Origin: Eledone cirrhosa
Taxonomy: Eukaryota
Reading direction: 5' to 3'
NCBI GenBank assembly: GCA_964016885.1
Contig: OZ024741.1
Location: 155,186,001-155,250,000, forward strand
Length of the DNA stretch: 64,000 nucleotides
Shown: positions 39,340 through 53,945 of the stretch, one piece after another
Position numbering within the stretch: the stretch's first letter is position 1
Layout: the number at the start of each line of letters is the position of its first letter
Program-made: the position numbers and the translations under genes
Notes under the pieces: generated by a model
What the model saw: only the letters and a program-made list of their open reading frames with translations
Databases searched by the model: none
What the model was told of the DNA's origin: nothing

Positions 39340-40315
39340 AGATACTGATTGAGACTACAGTGACTTCTTTTCAATAGCTAGTTAGCCTGGTATATGTTGG
39401 TGGAAACTTAGACACTGAAATCACTTGAACAATATAGAAGTCATGTAAAATTGTTGGAAAGGTTTCACCAGAAATGCTTCTGTCACATGCTCAGAATAAG
39501 CTGGTTCTCACTCTTTCCTGACACCAAGTTTCTCGCTGAAGTTAGGATTACTTTAATCTAGTCATGTTTATTAGGAATCAACTATGATGGACAGGACACC
39601 TTATCCGCATGAAGGATGAGCACATTTGCAGGCAAATATTTTATGGTGAGCTTATGCTGGGAAAGAGATAAAATAGTAAGCCAGAAAAAAGAGTCACTAA
39701 AATCAAATTTCTAACGTCTTATATTTTGTTAAAAATGTCTTGAATCAATTGCGGCAGATAGGGAAGCATGGTGAGCAAAAGAAAAAAAAGAATCCTGAGA
39801 CCATTTAATCAAATCTATTGAAAAATGACATAAGACATTGCACAATATGTCAGGCATCAACGAAAGTGACAGGGTGGTGGTGGGTGAGGGGACTATTGCT
39901 TGTCAAGGGGAGGGGGAACTAATGCTTGTCAGGTAAGAGGAAATATTGCTTGTCAGGAGGAGGGGGACGATTGTCTGCAACGGGGAGGGGTAACTATTGC
40001 CTGTCAGGGGATTTTGTGCTTGATAGAGTTGAGCATGTTGAAACGAAAAGAAAAGTTCGTAAAAATGAGATTAATAGCAATAGCGTTGGGATTGGTTCTC
40101 ATTCTTCTTTAAATGTTCCTTATGCACAAAAGTATGCATATCTTACTTAATAAAGAAGCGGAAAATGGAACCAATGCTGAAATGAGACATTGTTGCAATA
40201 TTTGCAGTCAGCTTTTCAAACGCCTTTTAGGGTTCAAAAGTCATTTAAGATCAAACGCTAGGGAAGAGCAATTATAGATACAAAAAGTCAAGCTCTGGAA
40301 GAAGCAGAACACCAG
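39340..40315 (+). mobile_element. Highly degenerate RTE LINE 3' part with a short G-rich repeat at ~39880-40010
   Basis: WTGHLIRMKDEHICRQIFYGELMLGKR; CCNICSQLFKRLLGFKSHLRS. Confidence 0.65.
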
Positions 40316-40409
40316 TATGTATGTATGTATGTATGTATGTATGTATGTATGTATGTATGTATGTATGTATGTATGTATGTATGTATGTATGTATGTATGT
40401 ATGTATGTA

Positions 40410-40468
<59 letters not shown>

Positions 40469-40469
40469 C

Positions 40470-42360
40470 TCTTTCTCTTTTAATTTCGAGTACATTTTTG
40501 ACCGGCCACCTTCCTGGTGGCAAGGTTGTAAAAGAAAAAAAATTGTCATCTCTTGAATCGCAAGAATGTTTTGCAAATTTTGAAGGCGCCAGCTATCGCA
40601 GCCATTTGTAGTCTATGAATTAGGGAGCTGCGCTCTTTGTCCACAAATCCAAGTTCAGCCATACTTTGGTCCAAGCGGGTTGGTATATAATCTGTAGCTC
40701 CAATAATGATGGGTATGAAGCTTAAGGTGTATCTTGGATACTGGATCTGCAAACTCCTCATCAATGGTCCGTAGATGTCCTCCTTCTCTTGTATTTTTCT
40801 TACAACGTTGACATCAAGTGGGCAGCTGATCTCTACAAAAGAGCACGTTTTCAATGTGTGGTCCCAAACATCAATATCAGGCTGGCTGTGCTTTAATTTG
40901 GTGGCAGTTTTTATTTTCAGGTTCCACGAGTATTCTTAGTGCCATCTATCTCAACATATTCCTGCTCGTTTGTTGTTAATTTTGTTTTCCTTAGTGCGCT
41001 CCAGATGGTTCTAGCTATCACGTTGTGTCGCATTGGGAGGTAGTAGCGAGACGACATCCTTTCACAGTTGGCAACAATGTGGCTAACGTCTTCGATTTTT
41101 GTTTTACAAAGCCTACATTTATTGTCAACTGATGGCCCTCCTATTTTTGTGTAGAAGATATTTGGTAGGGATTTCTTGTTGCTGCATTGCATAGAGATAT
41201 CCTTCAAGGTGGGATGTCATAAACTTGTCGGAACTCCATGCCAGGCTTTTTGAATGATTTATCTCCTCTATGGTCTGTGTTTTTCGTCTCAGGTACCCAT
41301 GCACAACTTTATCTTGTTCGAACATTGAATAGGATCTTCCAATTTCCCTGGGAGAGAGATTTATATCAGGCCTTATTCCATATCTCTCCTCCAGATCAGT
41401 GGCTATCCTAATGATATTATTTGGCAGTATCGGTAGAGAGTCGGACGCCATGCTTTCCAGCATAGTTACGTCCTCCCTTTACAGTCTGAGTTCAAATCCC
41501 GCCGAGGTTAACTTTGCCTTTCATCCTTACGGGGTCGATAAAATAAAGTACCAGTAATGTACTGGGTAATTGATGGCCTTGTGCCAAAAGTAGAAACAAT
41601 TATTTCCTTCATGCTCATAGACCTGGGCAAGATGGTTGCTGACTTTTTCTTCTGACGAAGATGTTGCTTCAGTGTTACTATTTGGGTCTCGTATGGTGTT
41701 AATATGGATTTTAGACCCCGGCCACCTTCCTTGCGTGAAAAGTATATATCCACATCACCATTGATGTTAAAATTTCCAGTAACACTGAGAAGTTTGCGAG
41801 TTCTTACATCCATCTCACTTCTTGCAATGACCAGTTCAACAGACCAAATGTTAACGTTAGGATTGGCACAGTATAAATATTGTGGGCAATGTATTTGTTG
41901 TACGCTAATAGTTCTGATGCCCATATTTTCTTTACTCTCCTGAGGTATTCAGTTCTGGTTCTCTTCTTATTTATGGGTCCATCATATCTGACATTCTCAT
42001 CCTGTCCAAGATATCTGTAGTTGTCACCTGACTGTAGAGGTTGTATTGTCAAGCCGTTCACCTCTAAATTTCCAGAGGAGGGCACAGCCCTTCCACGTTT
42101 TACTGTCAAATATGCACATTTGGACTCACCAAATTTCATTCTGATGTCTGCAGAAAATTGTGTAATGAGGTCCAGTTGTTTTTTGAAATAGTTGGTATTT
42201 GGCCCATACAACTTCAGGTCATCAACAAAGAAAAGATGGGAGATGCTTCTGGACCCACTTCCATGACCACTTTGTTTTGTGAGCAGGTATGATAGTGGGT
42301 TTAGTATATCGTATCAGTCTTAATTTTCTAAGGATAAAATTAGGGTACCAGTTCTTGGTC
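40470..42360 (-). mobile_element. R4/Dong-type LINE, 5'-truncated, interrupted by a SINE
   Basis: DIRMKFGESKC, YRYLG, RKEGGRGL, KCRLCK..HIVANC, VEISCPLD, FIPIIIGA. Confidence 0.9.
41420..41602 (+). mobile_element. tRNA-derived SINE (family 1) inside the LINE
   Basis: Near identical to 20680-20867. Confidence 0.9.
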
Positions 42361-42384
42361 AGGCGTTCAACAGCAGCTACTAGC

Positions 42385-42630
42385 GGTTGTGGGACTCTGG
42401 CTAATTGTTCCGGACTAAAAAGACACATGCAGGTACTTAAAGATTGTGTACCACAGGGTGCCACCACCGGTCCTGTGGAAAGGACAACTCTCTTCTGTCA
42501 CCTGTGCCGCAAACCATGCAGATCTACAGCTGGTCTACAAAGTCATCTACGAAGTCATGCGCGCAGATGGGGTGACAATGAAGAATCAATAAGAGACGGC
42601 AATCGTCTGTGAAGACGCTGCAATCCTCAT
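42385..42630 (+). mobile_element. RTE LINE extreme 3' fragment (zinc fingers)
   Basis: SGLKRHMQV..CHLCRKPCRSTAGLQSHLRSH. Confidence 0.65.
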
Positions 42631-42711
42631 ACGTGTATGTATGTATGTATGTATGTATGTATGTATGTATGTATGTATGTATGTATGTATGTATGTATGT
42701 ATGTATGTATG

Positions 42712-45700
42712 TTCTTCTGGTTTTATAATTTCACAAAGTTTTACCAATAGAGAGAGAGTCGGTTTCTAACATAGACACAAGACTCTCTCATTGGAATTTA
42801 CACAACATCAACTAGGTAGATATGTATGTATGCATGCATGTGTAGATATGGATTTATTGTATGTGTGGATGTGTATGTTTTGAGTTGTATGTGTGCATGT
42901 GTATATGCTTTGTATCTGTACATGTGTATATGCAGTTATTAGATGCAACAATTTTGGAATGTTTTACATATTTTTACTGTTCCATTAATGGATTGTACTT
43001 GTAGTTTCCTAACTAGTTGTGTTCTTTCTGTTCCTGTGAAGCCTAACTTCTCAAGATTTGTATTGAGGCAGTTACTAACATACCCCAGTGCCCCAATAAT
43101 CACAGGCATAAATCTGAAGCTGTAATCAGGGTGGAGTATCTGCAGATTTCTCATCAGTTCTGCATAAATATTCTCCTTTTCACTAATCTTTGATATTATA
43201 TTAGCATCTGCTGCGCAGCTAATTTCCACTACTGTGCATGTTTTCTTCTCCCTGTTCCATATCATAATATTTGGTCTGTTATGCCTGCACTTTATTGGAG
43301 TCTTTACTGGAACATTCCACCAGTACTCTTTCATATTATGTACATGGATGTCTTCCACATTGTTGTAGCTTTTAATGTGTTTATTATCGGGGCTATCTTT
43401 TTTACGAACTGCATTGTACAGTGTTTTGGCCACTACATCATGCCTCATAGGTAGATAGTACCGTGATGATATCATTGGACAACTGCTGATGACATGGGTG
43501 ATATCCTCGATGTTAGTTCTGCAGAGTCTGCACTTGTTATCACATCTAGGTGTTTTGCCTGCATCCGTATCTCTTTTGTGAATCAGGTATTTCGTGTTAA
43601 TCTCCTGTTCTTGGATTGCAAAAGTGTATCCTTCAAAGTTGGAGCCAATATAGCGGTTGTTGGTCCAAGATAGACTACTTTCCTTATCTATATTACTCTT
43701 ACTCTGTAGCTTCCTGGCAACATATCCATGCATGATTTTTTGCTGATAAGCATGCAGTTTTTCATCCATTGATTCACTGCGATACAGCTGAGCGACTTCC
43801 CTGGGTGTGAGGTTTTGATTATCACACAGGGAATATCTCTCAAGGAGTTCCTTCCCAACTCTCATGATCTTATCTGTTTCATGCAGATAGACTTGCTCGA
43901 CAAACGGGCTCCTACGCTTCGAGGTTCGTAGATGTTGTCGGAGAGATATGATGCGACATTCAAATGTTGTCTGGACTGATGTTAGGCCTCTGCCTCCCTG
44001 CTTACGTTTCAAGTAAAGGCGGTCTATGTCACTGTTAATGTGGAAGTTTCCGGTGTTGTTTAGTATTTTTCGAGTTCCAACATCAACTGCTCGGATTTCG
44101 TCTATCGTCCAATTGAGTATTCCAAACGTTGGTGTTAGGATAGGCACAGCAAACACATTGTGAGCCACTGTTTTGTTTTACGCAGAGAGTTCCGATGACC
44201 AGATCTTTCTTAATCGGGTGTAGTATTCCCTGGTTCTTTATTACAGATACCATTATAGAATATGTCCTCATCTATCCCCAGGTATCTGTAGCAGTCCTCG
44301 TCAGATATCGGTGAAACAGTTAGGCCATTGATGACAATGTTGTTAGATTGGGTTGTTGTTTTTCCCCGCTTTACAGTCATGTATGAGCATTTATCTTGGC
44401 CAAACTCCATTCCTATATCCTTTGAGAACGTTGTAACCAGGTCAAGATTTTTCTTCATCCCATCCATGTTCTTGGCATAGAGTTTCAGATCGTCCGCAAA
44501 GTAATTATGGGTTAGGTTCGTATTTCTGTCCTTCTGTGAGCCAATGATGTATCCCTCACATTTCTTGAGCAGAAAGGACAAGGGGTTTAATGACAAGTTG
44601 AATAATATCACAGAGAGACTGTCCCCCTGAAATATACCCCTGCGATATTTTATTTTATCAGTGAAAATAGAGTCCTCCCTCGCTGTCTTTAACCTTAGGC
44701 TAGTAGCCCAAGAAGAAGACAGCCTCTCTATGGCTCTGACAATAATGTCTGGGACTTTAACAAGTTGGAGGACCTCTATCATCCAAGAGTGGGGAACAGA
44801 ATCGAAAGCTTTCCTGTAGTCCAGCCAGACTGTAGCCATATTCCTCCTAAGTTGTCGCACCTCCGACATCGCAGTTTTGTTGATTAGGAGTTGTTCAGCA
44901 CATCCCCAAACCCCTTTCCCTCCAGCTGCTTGTTCATCTGTGATGATGTTATTATTTTCACAGTGATCTTGGAGGAATAGGTTCAGGCAGGCTGTATACA
45001 TCTTATACATCAGATTCTGGCATGCAATGGGTCGGTTGTTTTTTGCCAAGTGGGTGTCTTTGTTCTTGAGGATCAGTGATGTTTGTGCTAATGTCAACCA
45101 TTCTGGTATAAGTGTATCTCCCTTAAGAACTTGTTGGTAGAGGTCAGTAAGATACCTCCGATAGAATATCAGTTTTTTGTACCAGTAGCCGACAATCATG
45201 TCTCTTCCTGGTGTTTTCTTATCTTGGAGTTTTCCTATAACAGTCTCAAGGGTACCCTCACTTATTTCGTATGTTTTTGTTGTAGTGTAGGAGCAATAGT
45301 TCTTTCGGATTTCTCTTAGCCACACTGCATCTTGGTTGAAATTCTTCTTTTCACCCATATTTTTCTCCAAAAGGAATTTATGTCTTTCTGGGATGGGGCC
45401 ACAGTGACACTTATTATTTTGTTCTTCGTATCTCTATAGACTGATGTTTGGTTTCGTCTGAATCTTTTATTAAGCACTTTTCTCTCATCTACCTTCTTCA
45501 GGTATCGGCGCTTTTCGCTAACAGTTCTCAATTCTTGTTTGAGGGTGATCAGCTTATATTGAAGAGTTCTGGTTCTACTGTTACCAAACATCGTCTCTAT
45601 TTTATTTTTCACTCTTTGTTGGTGAGGAGTGAGTTTTTTTTGTGTTTGTTTGCATGTAAGGAACATTGTCACATATCCTATGGTTTTTCGTAGGTCAGCA

Positions 45701-46760
45701 ATCTTTTTTTCTATTTTAGTTATATATGATGGTATTTTTGGTGGTGTTTTGTTCTTGTTAATATCTCTGCTATCACCAAGATAATGCTTTACTGTCGTTG
45801 CTAAGGCATATAAACAGGCGTTGATTTGCCAAAATGTTGGGGTTTTTATCTATCGTAAATATTCATCTCCTATTTCGTCAATAACACGTAATATTTCATT
45901 ATTTTATTTTTTTATTTAAACATTTTTTTTTTTTATTAAACATTGTCGTTTTAATACGTTCAGCAAAAGAGATATTTATACATGAATTAATTTCCCTCTG
46001 GAAGATTTCGTTGAGGGAAATTTTCAATTGTTTATACTTTTGATTATTATCATTATCGATAGTATTTTCCACAACAGTCAAGGTAGACTCGGATGGTACA
46101 CGTGGTGTCAAATTTCTTACAGGCATAGTTGTTTCAAGGCACTGTTCGACCTGGTTGCTAGGAAGTCTAGTAGCATGGCGACCTGTAGCACGTGTTGTTG
46201 ATCCCATGTTTGTGTTGGGGGACTTACAATTAATAATATTTATTTTATTTTTACGTTCAACAAACGTCGCTTGTTGGCATAATTGTTTCGCTGTGAAATA
46301 ATTTTGCTCTGGGTGCATTTCCTCCCAGTGTAGCTTCATTCTGTTCATATAGCCAATGGAGGGATTGTTTTTTGCCATTTTATAACAATTAAATAAATCA
46401 TTATTAAGTTCGCAACTCCAAGAGAAATGCGATTTATAATTTAGGTCTCTTCTGTAGCTACAACTGAATAAAGTTTGTTTACCTTTCTTGTTGGTTGTAT
46501 TCGATACTTCCTTAATTTTGTTGTTGATGTTGTGTTCAGCCATGCTGTTTGTAACAAATCCTTGTAAAATGAATTATGTATTTAGTCGGATATCTCTACG
46601 AATTCGAATAAAAGGTGTCTTCAGAAGATATAGTTATAAGAATAACCAGTTATTCAACATGACTGTAGTTGTGGCATTACTGTCGGAGATATTATTCATC
46701 TTAAATTTAATAAATAGTCTCCCACGCCAAAATATGCGACTGATCGCGTTGACTCTATAC
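42712..46760 (-). mobile_element. Near full-length R4/Dong-type LINE (RT, CCHC, restriction-like endonuclease), frameshifted
   Basis: ORFs 45899-46543, 45316-45672, 44210-45370 (WLDYRKAFDSVPH, GIFQGDSLS, FADDLKLY), 42939-44168 (CRLC..H..SSC, RHD, RPNI..VEIS); (TATG)n on both flanks. Confidence 0.93.
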
Positions 46761-47502
46761 TGTATGTATGTATGTTCACTTTTAAAGAAATCTTCACGCA
46801 CGGGCATTGCACGATCGCATTAATTGATAGTTATTAATAATGTTATATAGGGCAAGGCCATACTCGATATCGAGGAGGCAGCCATCATGTATGTATGTAT
46901 GTATGTATGTATGTATGTATGTATGTATGTATGTATGTATGTATGTATGTATGTATGTATGTATGTATGTACGTATGTATGTATGTATGCATGTATGTAT
47001 GTATGCATGCATCTATGCATGCATACATACATACATAAATGCATGCATGCATGCATTTATGTATGTTTTTTTTTTATCCCGTAAGGTTTCCAAATTTACC
47101 CTCCTCACCAAGCAAGCATGACGGGGTTGTTGGTTTAGTCGCAGAGGAACTCATGAGAGTCAACGGCATCCAAAATAAAGTTATTAATAACTTTATTTTG
47201 TGGAGCGAGAGACGTCTGCTACGTTGTTTGGATCCAATTATGTAGACCAGTTCTTCTTTTTGGGCAAGAAATCGGCTATTTAGACCTGGTAGGAAATGTG
47301 TTCCCCTAAGTTTGAAGTGCATATATGTATACATATATATATATAACTCCGTTCCCGTACCACCAACAGGATTCAACATCAAAGATGGATGAGTTGCGTA
47401 ACGTCGAGTGCTTCTCTACTAGTATATCATGATTAACATTACGGAATGACCAATTCTACCCTGTGGTGAACCACCAAACTTAAATATATGTATATATATA
47501 TG

Positions 47503-47772
47503 CAGTTCTTCCCCGGTATTCGCGGATTTACGTTCCTTGAGCACAAGCTCGTGGTCCATAAAAATGCCTATAAGCTACAAAACATAATGTAAAATATAGG
47601 CCGGCAATTGTTATTAATAATTTAGCGTTAAAAGGCGTGAAAAATATATATTGCCACGAAAAAAGGCATACAAAAATCGCGGAAGATATTTATGATTCCG
47701 CGAATATGCCGTGGTTTCCACGAACAACTATTAGCTAGGTTCTAAGGAAAATCTCGCGAATAACCTGGACTG
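47503..47772. mobile_element. Possible Tc1/pogo-type MITE
   Basis: Imperfect terminal inverted similarity cagt..ggtattcgcg / cgcgaataacctggactg. Confidence 0.4.
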
Positions 47773-47789
47773 CGAACGCCGGTCAATCA

Positions 47790-48655
47790 CTCTCACCACA
47801 CTCTCTCTTCTTCCATCTTCTATAAACCGACTGACACCCACTCTTACTTCGACTTCACCTCCTCCCATCCAACCCACACCAACATCTCCATACCCTATTC
47901 ACAATTCCTCCGTCTTCGTCGGCTCCGTAGCCAGGACCACGATTTTGAAACCTATTTCCTTCTCATGGCCTCCCGCTTCATCCAGCGTGGATACCCCCCT
48001 CCCCGATCCTGGCTGCTCACATCCACACCCGTGAAACCGATCGTACCACAGCCCTCTCACCTCACTAGCACCCTCCCAACACCCGCCTTCCTTTCCCTCT
48101 CATCTACCACCCCATCACCCTACCACTCCGGCGATATATTCTCCGTTCTTTCTGCAACCCTCTCTTCTGACCCCGTCATTTCTCGCTTTTTTCCTAACCC
48201 ACCTATTACCGCATTAAAGCATGTCCTTAACCTCCGCGACCTTCTGGTACGCAGTTCCATCTCGTCCTCTCCTACGACTCCACCCGGCTCTCATCCTTAT
48301 TCTCGTACCCGCTGTAACACTTGTCCTTTCATTTCTACCTTCACCACTCTCACAGGCCCCACTCCTTCTCTTGCACCGCTATCCACGTTGTCTATGCCCT
48401 CCGGTGTTCCCTTTGCAGGTCCTTGTATATCGGACAAACGGGACGCCATTTGGCGGACCGTTTTGCTGAACATTTGAGGGACATACGACTCGGTTTGGAT
48501 ACTCCCGTCGCTCATCATTTCCGTTCCCCTGGTCACTCTTCCCTATATGTCTCAGTCCTGGGTGTCCTTTTACATCACGGATCACAGGCCTCACGTAGAC
48601 CAGGACTGAACAGAGTCTGATTTACCGCCTTGGGTCCTGTTTCCCCTCATGGACT
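47790..48655 (+). mobile_element. Penelope-like (Neptune-type) RT thumb + GIY-YIG endonuclease fragment, frameshifted
   Basis: YKPTDTHSYFDFTSSHP..SIPYSQFLRLRR; NLRDLLVRS; VVYALRCSLCRSLYIGQTGRHLADRFAEH. Confidence 0.88.
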
Positions 48656-49315
48656 CCCCCCCCCATGTCTTTAATATACCGTCCGTTATCACACACGGGC
48701 TTGTACATTCACCCTTAGATTCTTATGGCTCTCTTATGGTCAGAAACATATTCTCTTACAGATAATACAGACCAACAAAATACGTACACTCCACTTTTCT
48801 CTTCACAGCTCTGTATACACACACACACCCTTATATTAACATACTTTTGCTCATAGCTTCGTACTTACAAGCACACACACACACTCTCTTACTTACATAT
48901 CCACACACATATCCGCTTAGCTTCGCACCGACGTATAATAACACACACACACATGCGCACAAGTGTAGCTTTTTATACAAAACGGTTTTTTTCCATTTCA
49001 GGTAGACGCGCTCCACCATCCACTTTTCTAAAAAAATAAATCATACACAAAACACCAGCATCAACAGTTTTCCAAGAGATGTCAACATGAATGGACCTGT
49101 TATTTTTCTCTAAAAACATTTTTTCCAATTCCACCCCGCCCGTCCCTTCAATGTTTTCAATTTCTCATTCTTTCCTGCCGATTGTGTTGTTATTTCTGTT
49201 TACCTTTTACACACACACACACACACACACAATTTTTACTGTTAATATATATATATAACAATGAAGTATTCTTATTCTTTTCCTATAGAACTTCAGAATA
49301 TCATATGATGTAGAT

Positions 49316-49622
49316 CAGTGCTTCTCAAACTATATGATGTGGCGGACCGGCATTTTTTTTTCAATGTGCCACGTACCGCTAACATTTCGTAGTAATATTA
49401 ATTTATACTGGACACGATATATATAATGAATAAAATAATAGTTGATCATTTTTTATCTTCTATTTATTTTGTAAACAAATAATACAATATCAAAACATAA
49501 AAAAGTAATAAAAGAAATTCCTCAAATGATTCCTTAGCATGGCCTGGACACTGCTCGCGTACCGGTAGCTGATGGGTCGCGTACAGGCACCGGTCCGCGG
49601 ACCACCACTTTGAGTAGCACTG
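49316..49622. mobile_element. hAT-type MITE
   Basis: TIRs cagtgcttctcaaa / tttgagtagcactg; TSD atgtagat / atgtagag. Confidence 0.85.
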
Positions 49623-49659
49623 ATGTAGAGGACAGTAGTAAAAAGTAACTATCATTTGT

Positions 49660-49967
49660 GGGTATACCTATCATCTTTACGGAGTCGATAAAATAAAGCA
49701 GCAGTAATTCACTGGGATAATTGCTGGCCTTGCGCCAAAAATAGAAACAATTATTACCTACAATCGGTAGAGCGTCAGACAACATGCTATGCTGCATATA
49801 ATTACGGACCTTTACGTCCTGAGTTCAAATCCCGCCGAGATTAGCTTTGTATTTCATCCTTACGGGGTCGATAAAAATAAAGTACCAGTAATGCACTGGT
49901 GTCGATTTAATAGACTTTCCCCTTCCCCAAAATTGCTGGTCTTGTGCCTAAACCAGAAACCGTTATT
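49660..49967 (+). mobile_element. Two tandem family-1 SINE copies
   Basis: Core ..gtcgataaaataa.. at ~49685 and ~49868. Confidence 0.8.
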
Positions 49968-50558
49968 ACCTACCATCTTTGTGTTCTAATTCTTATCAGT
50001 GTTTTTCAACTGGTTATAAGTCTCTACAGCACTCCTACAACTTCATCAGGAGTTGCGGGCCAATCCTTCAATCCATCCATCCACCTATCTATCTATCTAT
50101 TCATCTATCCATCCATACATGTATACATATATACGAACGTGCGAATTTATATATAATTATGTAAAGATGTATTATGTACTTATACAAACATCAATATAAT
50201 CAGAAGTTTGAAATGCTACCTAACCTTCGTAACAGGTGAGGCATGTATGTTGATTCAACTATACTGTACTAGCACAGTATTGTAAACTACGGTACTGTAT
50301 AGTACTTTACTGTCCTGGGACGTACAAAAATACACACAAACCTATGTGTGTGTATTTCTCTTTCTCCCATCTCTCTTTCTCTCTCTCTCTAACTATATAC
50401 ACACACGCACATGCACACGCACACACAAACACACACATACATATAGGCTAACTTGTTAAGATAAAAATAACCCCCAAGCCTAGAAGCCAAGAAGAATATA
50501 TATTTAACGTAAATTTGACTGTAACAGCTGAACTTTCGATTTACTCTACACCTGTAAA

Positions 50559-50593
<35 letters not shown>

Positions 50594-50595
<2 letters not shown>

Positions 50596-50776
50596 ATTGT
50601 TTCTACTTTTGGCACAAGGCCAGCAATTATCAGTACATTACTGGTACTTTATTTTATCGACCCCGTAAGGATGAAAGGCAAAGTTAACCTCGGCGGGATT
50701 TGAACTCAGACCGTAAAGGGACATAACTATGCTGGAAAGCCTAGCGCCCGACTCTCTACCGATACTGCCAATCCAC
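50594..50776 (-). mobile_element. tRNA-derived SINE (family 1)
   Basis: Reverse complement of 20680-20867. Confidence 0.9.
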
Positions 50777-51537
50777 ACACATAATGACTGTTTCTTTGCT
50801 GACATCAAGGGCTTCTGCACGAAAAATTCAGTACACACATCCTCTTCTCGTCTCTCTTCCCCTCGTGTCCTACTTCCTCCTCCCCTACCATCACCACGGC
50901 GTAGTAACTATTTATAGATTTCGTCTGCGTAATCACCTGTATATATTTATACTTCTCTACTTATTCAGGCACTGTAGAAGTGTACCCCCCCCCCCCCACA
51001 CACACAATACACATAATCCTTTAGATATTCTAGCACCATAAACAATGTTAGAATTATTTTGGCACCAACGGGGAAGTAGAATGCTTGTTATTTGCTGGGT
51101 TTCTTTCACAGCGGGGCTCATAGACGGCGAAGTGGTTGAGTCGAAAGAGCGTCCGATAGAATGTTTTGCGTTATACCATAAGGCTCTTTGCTTTGCCCTG
51201 AGTGTATATTTCACCGCGTTCAACTACGCCTTTCATCGTTCCGAGGTCGACAAATAACAAACCAATCCAATATCTTTTTCTCACCCACCTCTTTCTTTGT
51301 GTGGTAGAAATCGGATGTGTTCAGACCTGGCGAAATATACACACCACCATGTTAAAGTCCTCAAGACACGCCTTATATAACTAGAATACCCTTATGATCT
51401 CATCAAGAGTTAAGTGACCATGAGGCGTGATTCGGTTTTAATTCACGCCAAAGTGTTTCGCAACTTTTATGGAGTGAATATTCATCCGAACATATTCGTG
51501 TTTACATGCATATCTCTCTCTCTTACTCCCCCTTTCT

Positions 51538-51559
<22 letters not shown>

Positions 51560-51602
<43 letters not shown>

Positions 51603-52211
51603 CTGATGTTGTCTGTGTGTGTGTCCTCATTTTTGCAAAGTCTATACAAATCCACATTTCTACTCCGATTGACTTCAAACTTGCGGTCTAAAGATATTAA
51701 CTGCAACTTTTATTTTTCAATTTTCTGTTGTTAAAGGGGTATTAGGCGCCGGTTATCCATCTCCGTCGAGCCCTTATAATATCTGTCTGTATATCTGGCT
51801 GTCTGCATAACGACATTCTGACGAACACGTCATTGCTGACGTATTATCTTTGCTACATTCACACACACACACACATATATATACTTATATATACATATAT
51901 ATATACATATATACATATACACACATATATATACACATATACATATTTATATCTATATATATATGCAGAAGTTATATTTAATTTGATGGGATTCCAACAA
52001 ACTACAAAATTTATAACTGATATAGAGCACTCAACAAATTACTGGATTAAAACACGCGTTATGTTCCCAGGTGTGTTTTGGACTCATACACATTTCAAGT
52101 TTTTGTTAATGCGGCTCCTAGATAAATATTGGTTGGCTGGTTGCATGAAAACTACACACACACACGCACACGCACACACACACACACGCACACGCACACA
52201 CACACACACGC

Positions 52212-52304
<93 letters not shown>

Positions 52305-53246
52305 GATGCATCTCTCTCTCTCTCTCTCTCTCTTTCTATATATATATATATTTGTTATAAGAACAGATTAAAGTTTAAGCAAAGAATCGCTGCTTTCAAC
52401 ATTAACGGGATCTTCTGAAACTAAACATTTCAATCTGTGAACGCAGAAGTAAATATTTCGAAGGATAACAGGAAGACGATATTTTGGTTCGTGAAGACGT
52501 TCCCTGGCAATGAACGGAAAAAAGTGAGGATAATACGTCGTTATGTGGACCGAGAAGAACAATTTCATGCAAAGACAAGACCAAGTTTATGGTATAAATG
52601 GAGTCGTTAGACTAATGTTCTATTTAAAATAACCAAATGATTTCCAGCCCCGGAGTTTAAAAATGATGTAAATAAAATTGTAAACGAAAATGACAGAGGT
52701 TATTAAAATAGTAAAAGTAAATAGTGAAGATTTAGGCCAGTACATACATATGCGCCGACAGACATACACTTACATATACATACGCACACACAAACCGCGC
52801 GCGTGTGTGTGTGTAAACCTTATGCATTTCTACAGTATTTTCACCAAACTTAAGACATAGGTTACTTATGTACTCCGGATGGTCATGGGCATTTTCATTT
52901 TTCTAGATATTGATTATAGGGCCTCCCGGCAGATAACCCCCTTTAACCGATTCCTTGGAGTCGACTGAAGCACTGCAGTGCAATGCAACAAAACGTCATA
53001 ACTTCTGGAATTCGCAAGCGATTTTCACAAAACTTGACACAAGGGCTACGTTTGTTCTACAGATGAATGTGAACTCTCAGAATTGGCACATATTGAGTAG
53101 GGGACCCCTGGGCGCAGGAACCCCCTTTTGTAAAAAGCCGATGATTTTGTAAAAGTATAGTTTTCGAAGCAGCACTGAAGTATTGACATAAATGGTATAC
53201 ATAACTGCTATTTAATACCCGAGCAACGCCGGGTACCTCTACTATA

Positions 53247-53249
<3 letters not shown>
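51560..53249 (+). mobile_element. Non-autonomous Helitron-type ends (5' at ~51560, 3' at 53249); one interrupted element or two pieces
   Basis: TC(TA)n..aaactgatgttgtctgtgtg start like the 28604-29168 element; 3' hairpin cccgagcaacgccggg then ..ctatagt. Confidence 0.6.
51963..52050 (-). mobile_element. Solitary tail of the Naiad-family end
   Basis: Similar to 54001-54088, 34292-34378 and 57118-57205. Confidence 0.7.
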
Positions 53250-53336
<87 letters not shown>

Positions 53337-53339
<3 letters not shown>

Positions 53340-53945
53340 AGAGTTAGTTGATTTGTAATCAACTGACTTTTGTATATAACAGATGCCAAGCACTCAACGG
53401 TATACATTTATCCGGAGTATTATTATAATAATTGTTTCTATTTTTGGTACAAGGCCCGTAATTATCCAGTAAATTACTGGTACTTTATTTTATAGACCCC
53501 CGTAAGAATGAAAGGCACAGTTAACCTCGGCGGGGTTTGAACTCTGACTTTAAAGGGGCATAATTCTATGCTGCAAATAATAATAGTAGTAAACGAAAGA
53601 TATATACTTTGTATCATCTCTATTTATTTCATTATATATATTTCGAAGTTGCAAGGTTTATGTATAACATAAAACAGAACATGTCCTGGTCAGACAAAAT
53701 ACATATGAGATGTATGATTTTTCATGATATGCTGGTAGCCAACGAACTGGAGAGATCGGTGACCACCAACCATATGCTCTCCAGCTCGTTGGTTACCAGC
53801 ATATCATGAAAAATCATACATCTCATATGTATTTTGTCTGACCAGGACATGTTCTGTTTTATGTTATACATAAACCTTGCAACTTCGAAATATATATAAT
53901 GAAATAAATAGAGATGATATAAAGTATATATCTTTCGTTTATTAC

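Noticed and set aside
47140-47460. Possible degenerate hammerhead plus GAGTGC at 47406
   Set aside because: Core is mutated (CAGAGGA, no GAAA) and there is no inverted partner; not counted.
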